Both the position numbers and the translations under genes were made by a program. Positions 20,397-30,220 of a stretch of 64,000 nt of DNA are shown here, one piece after another. Origin of the DNA: Candidatus Binatia bacterium (GTDB lineage Bacteria > Desulfobacterota > Binatia > UBA9968 > JAJDTQ01); NCBI GenBank assembly GCA_963666515.2, contig OY762897.2, positions 4,288,001 through 4,352,000 of the forward strand, given 5' to 3'. The number at the start of each line of letters is the position of its first letter. Position 1 is the first letter of the stretch. The notes under the pieces were generated by a model. That model was not told the origin of the DNA. It saw nothing but the letters and a program-made list of their open reading frames with translations, and did no database searches.

Positions 20397-20788
20397 AGGC
20401 GCTCCTCGATACGCACATTCTGATTGACTGGATGGGCGCGGACCGCCATCTTTCGGCGGAGCAGGAAGAAGTCCTTCGACAGGCCGCTCCCGAGAATCCG
20501 CTGTGGGTGTCCGACATCAGCCTGTGGGAGATTGCCACGCTGTACAATCTCAAGCGGCTCTCCTTTCATTTGCCGCTGAGGGAGTGGCTCGAGGCCGCCA
20601 CCGCCCCGCCCCTGGTGCAGCGGGTCGGCATCTCACCCGCGGTTGCCGCGGCCGTGGCCGCCCTTCCCGCGGCCTTTCATCGCGACCCTGCTGACCGGGT
20701 CATCGTCGCCTCGGCGCAGCTTCTCGGCGCAACCGTGCTGACACGCGACGCCCGCATCATCCAATCCCGGCTCGTCCCGACCCTGTAG
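20393..20788 (+). CDS. VapC/PIN toxin
   Basis: LLDTH, SLWEI, HRDPADR, LTRD; overlaps the antitoxin stop. Confidence 0.9.
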   Translation: MKALLDTHILIDWMGADRHLSAEQEEVLRQAAPENPLWVSDISLWEIATLYNLKRLSFHLPLREWLEAATAPPLVQRVGISPAVAAAVAALPAAFHRDPADRVIVASAQLLGATVLTRDARIIQSRLVPTL

Positions 20789-20794
20789 GGATTC

Positions 20795-23700
20795 TCAGGC
20801 CCGGGTGTCAACGGTCTGCGGGAACCGCGTCCGAATAAACGCGTCAGCGTCCGCCTCCGACAGCCTGACGGTCCCCGGACCGCTCCGCACGAAGAAGTCT
20901 CCGTCCGCCGCCGCTTCAACCCCCTTCCACCTCAACAACACCGGCTCCGGGCTCCGCTGGCAGCTCACCACGCATACGCCTTTGCCCTCCACGATCTGGA
21001 CCTTGGGGTCGATGCAGGTGCCGGCGCGGGGGCCGAGGCCGTTGCGGACGGCCTGGGCCAAGTGGAGCATGAACTTGTCGTCGTTGTCGAGGCGGTCGCG
21101 TTCGATGCCGACCACGGCGCCGTCGTCGGCGACGCCCAGGAGGAGGTCGCCGCCCTCGGTGTTGAGGAACGCGGCGATGGTCTTGAGGGCGGCGTGGGTG
21201 ATCTGCTTGTCGTCCTTGCGGTCTTCTTTGAGGTTCCAGCGGAGCGTGGACTTGAACTCCAGGGTCTTGGACTCGCCCTGCTTGATGAGGTCCTCGGCGC
21301 TTCGGTGGCCGCGCAGGTACTGGTCGAAGAGGAAGTCCTTGACCACGTCGCCGAAGGCGCGGTCGTCGGTGATGCGCTTGTACAGGTCGAAGTTGGAATC
21401 GACGATCTCCTGGATCACCTGCTCGACCTTGTGGTTGAAGGTCAGCCGCACGTTCTCGCGCGTGTTCACCCGCGCCGCGGCGTCCAGGGCGGCGTCGCCG
21501 GCGAGCCGGTCCATCATCCGGCCGAGGGTGACGCGGTGTTCCGGGCCGAGGTTCAGGCCGAAGCGCTCGTTCAGCGCGGCGATGATGCGCGACAGCGTCT
21601 CCAGCTCTTCCGGCGCCGGTCCCGCGGGGTCCTTGGGGCCGATGGGATCGAGCACGCCCGTGCTGCGGTCGAGGCCGATCCTGCCGCTCCCGGTCTGCTG
21701 CACCCGGTACGACTCCATGTCGATGTTCCGCTGCACCTCGCGCGGCAGTTCGTCCCGGTCGGGCGGCAGCAGGCGGCGCAGGTGCCGCGCGAAGACGTAG
21801 AGCTTCTCCAGGTCGGCGTCGGCAAAGGGCAGTATCTGTGAAAGGAAGGCGTAGAGCCGCTCGTAGTCGGTGAGGTGTCCCCGGAATTCCTGGCGCTGGT
21901 CCCGGTGGAGGTTCTGAAAGCGCTCCACCACCGGCGCGAGCGCGGCATGGAGCCGGTCCTGGGAGGCCTTGGCGTTGAACCAGACCCTGGCGAAGCCGTC
22001 CACGTCGCTTTGCGCATAGACCGGAAACTCGCCCAGCCGGGTCTGGATGCCGTAGAGCAGGTTGGGATCGGTGGCTTCCGACAGGAGCGTGGTCTCGTAG
22101 TAGGGCTGGAAGCCGTCCCTGATCGCGTCCGCCTCGTTGGCGAAGTCGAGGACCACCGCGCCGTGTTTCTCGGGGTGCGTGCGATTGAGCCGGGAAAGGG
22201 TCTGCACCGCGTTCACGCCGCCGAGCTTCTTGTCCACGTACATGGTGTGCAGCAGCGGCTGGTCGAAACCGGTCTGGAACTTGTTGGCGACGATCAGGAA
22301 CCGGTAGTCCTGTCCCTCGAAGGTGCTGGCGGTCTGCGTCTCCCGCACCCCGTTCATCCCGGCCTCCGTGTAGGAGGCGCCGCCGTCCCTGACCGTCCCG
22401 GAAAACGCCACGAGCGCCTTGAACGGATAGCCCCGCTCGGCCAGGTATTCGTCCACCGCCAGCTTGTAGCGCACGGCGTGCAGGCGCGAGCGGGTGACGA
22501 TCATGGCCTTGGCCCGGCCGCCGATCCGGTCCTGCACCCCCTCGGCGAAGTGCTCCACCATGATGCGCACCTTCTCGCCGATGGCGTGGGGATGAAGCTC
22601 GACGAAGGACTTCAGCAGGAACTCGGCCTTGCGCTTGTCGTAGCGCGGGTCGTCCGCGATGGTCTTGAGCAGCCGCCACTGGGCTTCGTAGGTCGTATAG
22701 TTTGTCAGCACGTCGAGGATGAACCCCTCCTCGATGGCCTGGCGCATGCTGTACAGGTGGAACGGCGCGAACGAGCCGTCCTCGCGTTCCGTCCCGAAGA
22801 GTTCCAGCGTCTTGTTCTTGGGAGTCGCGGTGAAGGCGAAGGTGGAGACGTTGGGCATGCGCCCGCGCTTCTGCATCTCCGCGAGGATCGTGTTCTCGAT
22901 CTCCTCCTCGGGCGTCTCGGCCTGGGATTCCTCGCTCTCGGCCTCTTCGAGGGACGCCGGCGACAGCACCGCCTTGAGGCTCTTGGTGCTCTCGCCCGAC
23001 TGCGACGAGTGCGCTTCGTCCACGATGAGGCCGAAGCGCTTGCCGGGCAACTCGCCGATCTCCTGGGCGATGACCGGGAACTTCTGGAGCGTGGTGACGA
23101 TGATGGTCTTGCCCGACTCCAGCGCATCCTTGAGCTGGCGCGAGGTGGTGTCGATGTTCTCCACCACCCCCAGGGTCTGCTCGAACTGCCGCACGGTAGC
23201 CTGGAGCTGCCGGTCGAGCACCCTGCGGTCGGTGATGACCACGATGGTGTCGAAGACCCTGCGGTCATCCGGCCCGTGCAGCGTGGAGAGCTGGTGAGCG
23301 AGCCAGGCGATGGTGAAGCTCTTGCCGCTCCCGGCCGAGTGCTGGATGAGGTAGCGGTGTCCGGCCCCCATGACCCGCGCGTCGGTCACGAGCCGCCGCA
23401 CGCAGTCGAGCTGCTGGTAGCGCGGGAAGATGAGGGAGCGCTTGCCGGTCTTGCGGCCCTTGTCGTCTTCCTCCTCGACCTCGTGGACGAACTGGCGCAC
23501 CAGGTCCAGGACGCTGTCCCGCGCCCAGGTCTCTTCCCAGAGATAGCCGGTGGCGTAGCCGTCCCGGGTCGGCGGCACCGGCGGGTTCCCGGCGCCGCCG
23601 AACTTGCCCCGGTTGAAGGGCAGGAAGCGCGTCTTGGCCCCGGCCAGGTGCGTGGTGACATAGACCAGGTCCGTGTCCACCGCGAAGTGGCCGAGGCAAC

Positions 23701-24331
23701 GGCCGTAGGCCAGCAACGGCTCCCCGCGCGGATCGCGGTCGGTCTTGTACTGGTGGATGGCGTCCTCGACGGTCTGGCCGCTGAGCGGGTTCTTGAGTTC
23801 GGCGGTGAAGAGCGGGATGCCGTTCAGGAACAGCACCAAGTCCAGGCTCTTCTCGTTCCTCGTGCTGTACCGGACTTGGCGCGCCACCGCGAAGAAGTTC
23901 GCCGCGTACAGCCGCCGGGTCTCCTGGTTGAGCCCGCTGGCCGGGCGGAAGAAGGCGAGCCGGAACGCGCACCCCATGTCCTTCACGCCGCCCCGCAGGA
24001 CGCTCAGCGCCCCGCGGCGCTCGATCTCGGACGAGAGGCGCTTGAGAAACCGCTCTTTCACCCGCGCGCCGTAGTGCTGGGACAGCTTCTCCCATTCCTT
24101 GGGCTGGGTGGCCAGGATGAAGTCCACGACGTCGGCGGGCAGGAGGCAAAGTTCCCGGTCGTAGTCGTCCGTACGCCGCCGGTGATAGCCGCCGGGCTGC
24201 ATCCAGGGGTCGCCGAAGGATGTGGGTTCCTCGGCGATGGCGGGTTCGCCCGGGACCTCGTCCGGGCCGTGGCGGAGGAGGGCCGCCTCGATGGCGTCCT
24301 CGAAGGCGCGTTCGGAGACGACGGGGGTCAT
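20795..24331 (-). CDS. hsdR: Type I restriction endonuclease subunit R with C-terminal Schlafen/AlbA_2 domain
   Basis: Nuclease DLVLFLNGIPLFTAELKN, QHSAGSGKS, DEAH, FTATP, TGFDQP, QTLSRLNR; C-terminus GESKTLEFKS...AFLNTEGGDLLLGVADDG. Confidence 0.93.
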   Translation of the reverse strand: MTPVVSERAFEDAIEAALLRHGPDEVPGEPAIAEEPTSFGDPWMQPGGYHRRRTDDYDRELCLLPADVVDFILATQPKEWEKLSQHYGARVKERFLKRLSSEIERRGALSVLRGGVKDMGCAFRLAFFRPASGLNQETRRLYAANFFAVARQVRYSTRNEKSLDLVLFLNGIPLFTAELKNPLSGQTVEDAIHQYKTDRDPRGEPLLAYGRCLGHFAVDTDLVYVTTHLAGAKTRFLPFNRGKFGGAGNPPVPPTRDGYATGYLWEETWARDSVLDLVRQFVHEVEEEDDKGRKTGKRSLIFPRYQQLDCVRRLVTDARVMGAGHRYLIQHSAGSGKSFTIAWLAHQLSTLHGPDDRRVFDTIVVITDRRVLDRQLQATVRQFEQTLGVVENIDTTSRQLKDALESGKTIIVTTLQKFPVIAQEIGELPGKRFGLIVDEAHSSQSGESTKSLKAVLSPASLEEAESEESQAETPEEEIENTILAEMQKRGRMPNVSTFAFTATPKNKTLELFGTEREDGSFAPFHLYSMRQAIEEGFILDVLTNYTTYEAQWRLLKTIADDPRYDKRKAEFLLKSFVELHPHAIGEKVRIMVEHFAEGVQDRIGGRAKAMIVTRSRLHAVRYKLAVDEYLAERGYPFKALVAFSGTVRDGGASYTEAGMNGVRETQTASTFEGQDYRFLIVANKFQTGFDQPLLHTMYVDKKLGGVNAVQTLSRLNRTHPEKHGAVVLDFANEADAIRDGFQPYYETTLLSEATDPNLLYGIQTRLGEFPVYAQSDVDGFARVWFNAKASQDRLHAALAPVVERFQNLHRDQRQEFRGHLTDYERLYAFLSQILPFADADLEKLYVFARHLRRLLPPDRDELPREVQRNIDMESYRVQQTGSGRIGLDRSTGVLDPIGPKDPAGPAPEELETLSRIIAALNERFGLNLGPEHRVTLGRMMDRLAGDAALDAAARVNTRENVRLTFNHKVEQVIQEIVDSNFDLYKRITDDRAFGDVVKDFLFDQYLRGHRSAEDLIKQGESKTLEFKSTLRWNLKEDRKDDKQITHAALKTIAAFLNTEGGDLLLGVADDGAVVGIERDRLDNDDKFMLHLAQAVRNGLGPRAGTCIDPKVQIVEGKGVCVVSCQRSPEPVLLRWKGVEAAADGDFFVRSGPGTVRLSEADADAFIRTRFPQTVDTRA

Positions 24332-25683
24332 GGGGCGACTCCGGGTGTTGGGTCCGCTTCGTCCCTGACATCGATCTTGCCGGTGACGGCAGCGGAGATG
24401 AGGGCGGCGCGGAGTTCCTTGAGGCGGTCGATGGCCGCACGGATTTTGTCTATGAGGGCATCAATTCGGGTAGTTTCATGGTCGAGGAAAATGGCGATGG
24501 CTGCTTGTTCTTCTGAGGGAGGGAAGGGGAAGCGGTAGTGCGAGAGCTGGATTGCCGTAAGGTGGTCTATCGTATTCGGATTCCCTCCTGCCACGAAGAC
24601 GCCGCCCTTGGCCAGCGCGTACATGACGTAGTAGAAGAAACGGGGAATATCTTCGTTTGAATGCGGCCTTACACGATGCAGAGCCTTCTGGTAGAAACAA
24701 TCTCCGACATTCCCTTCCCAGATAGCTGTTCTACCGACGTCACCACCTTCGCAAACGAGCAAGTCGCCTGCTTCGAGTTTGTAGCGGTCTCGTTCTTCCG
24801 GACTGAAATCCATTTGGGGTAGGTCGTCCGTGTTCACAGAGTCCCATTGGACGTCAATGTTTCTGACATACTGTCCCAGGTAGTTTCCACTGATCCGTTT
24901 CGCGTCGAGCATCTTGCCGAGCGCCACCTTGTAACGCGTGTACACGGGAGCGACCTTCCAAGCGGCTGGGATCTTTCCTAGCCACTCAACTCCGGAATCC
25001 TTCATCTTGCCGTCAGGGTCGAGCCCCTTGGTGACAGCCCGTGTGATGAGGGCAGTGCGCTTCTCCTGGAGCAACTCGATCAGCCGCTCCTTCTTCGCCA
25101 CCAGCGCATCAATCTTTGCCGTCTCGCGGTCGAGGAAGGTCGCGATGGCGCGCTCTTCCCACAGCGGCGGCAGCGCGATACTTAGGTTCGCGACACTTCC
25201 TACCGTCACTGCGTCATATGTGCTGCCCGTTGCTTGGGACCTGAGGCCATCGCGGAGCACCAATAGCAAGTAGTAGGTGAAGCGCGACTCCAGAACTGAG
25301 GTAGGATGGATTGCACATAGGCCACGACCGATGCGGTAGACCTGATCGGCAATGTTTATCGCACCGACTGGCGCTCGAACGGAGAGTAGAATGTCATCCA
25401 CCTGAGCCGTTTTAGGTGCCCCCTCACACGCGAGTTGGGGCATCGGGTTGATACTTCCGAACTCAGCGTTTCCCTGTAAAAAGGGAAACCTATTCGAAAA
25501 CGTAGATACGACCTCAGACGGAGGAGACTGTCCGGCTATGATGTCTGCTGCGAATTTTAGCCGTTTGACCTCCCAGTGGACTGGTATCTGCCCCAACCAC
25601 TCGACTACGGAGTCCTTGTAGTGTGGGTAAGGTTTCGAGCACTCCACCAAGTTGGGATATTTGTGCTCTTGTTGATGAGTCAC
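24328..25683 (-). CDS. hsdS: Type I R-M specificity subunit S
   Basis: Two KDSxVEWLGxIP conserved regions, PPxxEx/EQ helices, ALITRAVT and ALISAAVTGKID; GTG start at 25683 behind GGAGG. Confidence 0.9.
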   Translation of the reverse strand: MTHQQEHKYPNLVECSKPYPHYKDSVVEWLGQIPVHWEVKRLKFAADIIAGQSPPSEVVSTFSNRFPFLQGNAEFGSINPMPQLACEGAPKTAQVDDILLSVRAPVGAINIADQVYRIGRGLCAIHPTSVLESRFTYYLLLVLRDGLRSQATGSTYDAVTVGSVANLSIALPPLWEERAIATFLDRETAKIDALVAKKERLIELLQEKRTALITRAVTKGLDPDGKMKDSGVEWLGKIPAAWKVAPVYTRYKVALGKMLDAKRISGNYLGQYVRNIDVQWDSVNTDDLPQMDFSPEERDRYKLEAGDLLVCEGGDVGRTAIWEGNVGDCFYQKALHRVRPHSNEDIPRFFYYVMYALAKGGVFVAGGNPNTIDHLTAIQLSHYRFPFPPSEEQAAIAIFLDHETTRIDALIDKIRAAIDRLKELRAALISAAVTGKIDVRDEADPTPGVAP

Positions 25684-26099
25684 GTAGCCTCCGTGGCCGC
25701 GAATTCGATTCAAGAATGGCGATGGACCATGGGGTCTTGTACGGAAGCCGGTTGCCAAGGTCCACCAGCTTGCCAATGCCACTCAAACCGTGAGCCCAGC
25801 ACAATGTTTTCAAGGACCGGCGCTACGAATTGCAGTACTCGGTCTCCAATGACCGAGAATGCCTCGGGCGGTGGTGCCAGGAGCGCTTTCTCTTGTCGAT
25901 AGCGCTTCCAAAGGTCGTCCCGTTTGGTGTCGGAGTAGAATTCTGGGGTCAGGGCATCCGGGGTGTGCGGTGGCCAGACGGTGCCACGCCGCGCAAGACA
26001 TGCCTGGATCGCCTCGTGCATTTCTGCGCCGTTGAAGTCAAACGTTTCCGAGAGCGCCCAGATGTCATGGAAATCCTTCATGCGACTGTTGAGTTTCCC

Positions 26100-27760
26100 C
26101 GTCAGTTGCAAAACGCCCTCTTGAAGAGCCCGCTCAGGCCGTCCTACAAAGGCTCTCCGGTGTCATACGGCAAATAGCTCAGGCTCACCATCTGTGAAGC
26201 TAAGCCACAGCCGCCCGTGAGATAAAATCGAGGGGGGTTGTTGCGACATTTTTTCGAACAAAACGAGGTGAGCTCAAGGATGTGGTCTCCGAAACTGATA
26301 TAATCATCGTTGGTATCATCCCAATACCCGATGAAACGGAGACCACGAAATGAAACTTAGCAGAACCGCGGTTCGAGGTAAAGCCACGCTGGGCATGGAG
26401 GTTCGATTCGAGCCGCAGAAACTGACATCGTATTCGGGGCTCATCCTCTTTCAGTGCTTCTTTTCCCACCTGGGTCTCAAGGAGCGGCTGGGGCGGTGCT
26501 TCCGCCACCTGAAAGCCAATCCGATCTACGGTCACCACGTCGTGTTGCTGCTGCTGGTGGTGCATCTCATCATCGGACACCGACAGTTGCAAGACTTGGC
26601 GTACTACCGGGATGATGAACTGGTCCGGCGGTTGCTTGGGCTGAAACGCTTGCCGGACGTGTCTACCGTGAGCCGCTCGCTGAAGAGTGCCGACGCGTGC
26701 AGCGTCGACAACGTCCGCGCCGAGTCGAGAACGGTGGTCATCGAGCGCCTGGTGGCCGAAGGTTTCGCGACTATCACCCTGGACTTCGACGGCTCGGTCT
26801 TGAGCACCGGGCGCCACGCCGAGGGCACCGCGGTGGGGTTCAACAAGAAGAAGAAAGGGGCGCGCAGCTACTACCCCCTGTTTTGCACCGTGGCCCAGAC
26901 CGACCAGGTGCTCGACGTGCACCATCGGCCGGGAAACGTCCATGACTCCAAGGGCGCCGATGCCTTCATCCAGGGCTGTGTGTGCACCGTGCGCGCAAGC
27001 CTGCCCCGGGCCAGGATCGAGGTGCGCATGGACAGCGCCTTCTTCAGCAGGGATATCGTCGACCGGCTTCACTCCCTGGGTGTCACCTTCACCGTCTCGG
27101 TGCCCTTCGAGCGCTTGGCCGAACTGAAGGGGATGATCGAAGGCAGACAACGATGGCGGCCCATGGCCAATGGACTCGGCTACTTCGAGACCCGCTGGAA
27201 GCCCAAGTCCTGGAACACCCGCTATCGCTTCGTCTTCATCAGAAAACCCGTCCGATACCAGGACAAGGAGGAAATCCAACTCGACCTCTTCAAGCCGGTC
27301 TCCCATGGGTACGAGTTCAAGGTCATCGTCACCAACAAGAGAATCCGCCCACGCAACGTGGCGCTCTTCCACGAAGGACGGGGATCCCAAGAGGGTATCT
27401 TCGCCGAGTTGAAGTCCCACTGCCAAATGGGCTACGTGCCCGTCAAAACACGCGTCGGGAACCAGTTGTACATGTTCGCCAGCATCCTCGCTCACAACCT
27501 CACCCGCGAACTCCAGATGCGAATCCACCCCCGTGAGCGTTCCACCACAGCCAAGCGCCCCGCCCTGTGGTGCTTCCGCGAAATCGGAACCCTGCGCCGT
27601 ACCCTCATTCAACGAGCCGGACGTATCATTCGCCCCGCCGGCAAGCTCATCCTGTCGATGAATACCAATCCGAATCTCGAAGCAGAACTGCGTCACGCCC
27701 TCGCAGCCCTCACGCCCCGCGCCTGACTCTTAAATTCAGCCGTGGTTTTTGCAACAATCG
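26100..27760 (+). mobile_element. IS1380-family insertion sequence
   Basis: Imperfect TIR cgtcagttgcaaaa / ttttgcaacaatcg; direct repeat agtttccc at 26092-26099 and 27761-27768. Confidence 0.85.
26350..27726 (+). CDS. IS1380-family DDE transposase
   Basis: TLDFDGS, SYYPL, RPGN, VRMDSAF, RGSQEGIFAELK. Confidence 0.9.
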   Translation: MKLSRTAVRGKATLGMEVRFEPQKLTSYSGLILFQCFFSHLGLKERLGRCFRHLKANPIYGHHVVLLLLVVHLIIGHRQLQDLAYYRDDELVRRLLGLKRLPDVSTVSRSLKSADACSVDNVRAESRTVVIERLVAEGFATITLDFDGSVLSTGRHAEGTAVGFNKKKKGARSYYPLFCTVAQTDQVLDVHHRPGNVHDSKGADAFIQGCVCTVRASLPRARIEVRMDSAFFSRDIVDRLHSLGVTFTVSVPFERLAELKGMIEGRQRWRPMANGLGYFETRWKPKSWNTRYRFVFIRKPVRYQDKEEIQLDLFKPVSHGYEFKVIVTNKRIRPRNVALFHEGRGSQEGIFAELKSHCQMGYVPVKTRVGNQLYMFASILAHNLTRELQMRIHPRERSTTAKRPALWCFREIGTLRRTLIQRAGRIIRPAGKLILSMNTNPNLEAELRHALAALTPRA

Positions 27761-28325
27761 AGTTTCCCCAGTCGCACCATGGCATCGATCTTTTCGGCAA
27801 TGCTCGCAACCAGTGGATATACTTGGAGGGAAGGTGCGGGCAGGCCGTCGAGCAGCGTCTGCATTCTGGCTTCTCGCGGGCCAGGTGTGATGGCATCGCC
27901 GAAGCCGAAGTCGATCTGGGTGGGGATTCGTGCTTGTCCGAGGCGGCAGACCAGCTTGACGCGCTGGCCCTGATAGGGTTGTCCTGGGCGGATGGACGAA
28001 ACCCGTATGCTATTCAGGTCAAAGATCAAACCATCCTCGGCACAGGTGACTGTGCAGATGGCAGCCACAGTCTCTCGAATGGACGTCTCATCGCTGCGAC
28101 AGAAGGCCAACAGATCGACGTCACGGGTGCCGCGATAGGGGTCCTCCATCCAGACGGACAGTAGAGTGGCTCCCTTCAGGATGCACCGGTCACGCACCGG
28201 CGACACGCCGAGGCGGTAAAGGAACCTCTCGCAGGCGTACCGGGCAAGGAGGAGTTGGAACTCCTCACCACTTTTTTTCGACTTGTTGTACAAGCGGGCT
28301 CTGATCGATGCCGCAACGTCGTTGC

Positions 28326-28931
28326 TCATTCGACGCCGACCTCCAGGGCGGTGCTCAGACGGCGCGAAGGTAGTTCCTCAAGTGTTCGGAACAGCGAATC
28401 CACCGTAACCTTTTGTTCCCGCAGGGCGTCGCGCAGGGCTTCAAGCGCGGTCTCTCGCCCGATCAGGTGTTCAAATCGGAAACAATCGACGATCGTGCGA
28501 GCCGGAGAGGTGATGCGTGCCGGAACCCCCTCGAACACGGTGTTCTGAACCCCATAGGTCCAGGCAGCGCCGCTGAACCGGACGAGGCGGGTACGGAACT
28601 GCGGCAGCCTGGGAGGTCTCGCCTTGTGGTGAATGGCGATCCAGACTTGGTGTGGAAGCTGGGTGCCGATCTCGTAGATGTTGAGTGCCGTAAGCAGGCA
28701 AACGACGGCGTTGGGCACACGAGCACAGACCGCGGCTACGGTAGCGTATTCGGTCGGTTCAGCGCTGGCGAGCCTGTAAAGTCCGCGTTGGATCCGCTCG
28801 ACGGCCCCCGCCTTGACCAGTTGGTCGAGTTGGTCGAAGGTAATCCCCAAGTCGGCGATCTGGCTCGGACGGAAGAAGACACCGAGGCCAGCCTTCTGAA
28901 GGCGGTCTTTGTCCAGGTCAATGATGGTCAT
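28326..28931 (-). CDS. AbiEi-family type IV antitoxin / regulator
   Basis: RIQRGLY wHTH, CLLTAL, ITSPARTIVDCFR; translationally coupled to abiEii. Confidence 0.88.
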   Translation of the reverse strand: MTIIDLDKDRLQKAGLGVFFRPSQIADLGITFDQLDQLVKAGAVERIQRGLYRLASAEPTEYATVAAVCARVPNAVVCLLTALNIYEIGTQLPHQVWIAIHHKARPPRLPQFRTRLVRFSGAAWTYGVQNTVFEGVPARITSPARTIVDCFRFEHLIGRETALEALRDALREQKVTVDSLFRTLEELPSRRLSTALEVGVE

Positions 28932-28941
28932 CGTCTAAAAA

Positions 28942-28968
28942 GTCGGCATTTTATTTCAAATTGCCGAC
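28942..28968. promoter_or_regulatory. Putative AbiEi operator (GTCGGCA-N13-TGCCGAC)
   Basis: Inverted repeat 10 bp upstream of abiEi; same arms recur at 32129-32154. Confidence 0.65.
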
Positions 28969-29090
28969 ATTATACAGGCATGCGGTAGGGTCTTGCAACC
29001 GAAATCTGACGCGGAGGGCGACGAGCGTTTTGTGCGAAGGGCAACTACAGAGCCATCCCATAGGATGGATGCTAAAGAATGTCAGGGGAT

Positions 29091-29600
29091 TTACAGCATT
29101 TCATGACGCTTTTCGACCAGGAATCGTGCGGCGTTCGACTCCATCCACTGACGCAACAGAGCCGCGTTGTATTGGTACTCCCCGAGCTTCGCGCCGGTCA
29201 TCTTGTCGAACCGATCGATGAAGTCTTTCCGAACGCCTATTTTGATATGACTTGGCATGTCGCGGGTCGCTGGCGCGATATAGGCGTCAACGATAGCACC
29301 AGCACCGAGGTAGTCTACGGCTGCGGCGGTAGCGTCGCTCTCATCGGTCGAATCCCGTGGCGGTTGCGTCTTGAGCGCTCGCCCAAAGAGCCTCCGGACA
29401 AGTGCCCAAGGCCCCGTCAGGACTATAGGATAGCTCGTTATTAGAATCGTCAGAAAGAAAAGAGCCGCGCCAGTGAACCAAATCCCTGCTGGTACCTCTG
29501 GCCACATTTGTTCCGCACCTCGTTCTGCAAAAAGGCTGGTGAAGAACCCCAGGAAAGCCCGAATATGCTTCTCCTTCTCCATCCGGTCATCGTAGCACAC
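29091..29600 (-). CDS. Hypothetical membrane-anchored protein
   Basis: 169-aa ORF with a hydrophobic segment; no recognised motif. Confidence 0.45.
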   Translation of the reverse strand: MCYDDRMEKEKHIRAFLGFFTSLFAERGAEQMWPEVPAGIWFTGAALFFLTILITSYPIVLTGPWALVRRLFGRALKTQPPRDSTDESDATAAAVDYLGAGAIVDAYIAPATRDMPSHIKIGVRKDFIDRFDKMTGAKLGEYQYNAALLRQWMESNAARFLVEKRHEML

Positions 29601-29603
29601 ACG

Positions 29604-30220
29604 CTATTTGGGCACTATTGCAAGGGCTTGTACGTCTCCGCGCCTACGATCACAAAGACTGAACCAGTTCAGGAGTGCTTTGGCGTGCGGGCTAGCGCCC
29701 TCAACGCGCGCTGGATCAGTCCGTGTCAGCAACGCGAAGGAGACGCTGCCCTTGGAATACTGCACCTCGCCGTCGCCTTGCGAAGGGCGTCGAGCACGGT
29801 TCCCTTGGGTACGTGCCCCAACTCGGCCCATTTCCCAAGAGCATTTTCCGCGAAGCGTGAGCCGAAGTATTGCCGCAACGCATCGTGATCGGCCAGGAAC
29901 CAAGTTTCCATGACTTGGACCATCAGGAAGGCATCTTCACCAGCGCCGACGGGCTTGTTCCAGCCGTCGTGGATTGAAGGTGTTGCCAAGCTGAGTGACC
30001 AGCCTTGACCGGGCTTTCGCTGTCTACGAGGAGAAGAGGAACAACACCTGTACCCCGTCCCGCGGCATCTCTCTAAAACGGTTGAACGTCTGTGTCCGTG
30101 AGCCGCCTCGCACCACTTTGGGCATGCGGCCGGCAAGTCCAGCCCGTCCAACCCTTACGAAAATTGCGCGTCCAGGCGCCGGTTGTCTCCTCCGCCCTCG
30201 ATGTAGAGCGTTGCTGTCAC
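29604..30220 (-). pseudogene. DUF4276-like protein, frameshifted
   Basis: GTG start overlaps the ATPase stop; reads VTATLYIEGGGD, extra base in the A run at 30160-30163, then pieces in other frames (FLMVQVMETWFLAD, YSKG). Confidence 0.7.

Larger units (their letters stand above)
25710..28329 (-). pseudogene. AbiEii/AbiGii nucleotidyltransferase toxin interrupted by IS1380
   Basis: N-half LKGA...RGTRDVDL...AEKIDAMVRLGKL; C-half NSRMKDFHDI. Removing the IS and one TSD restores a 951-nt in-frame ORF. Confidence 0.88.
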
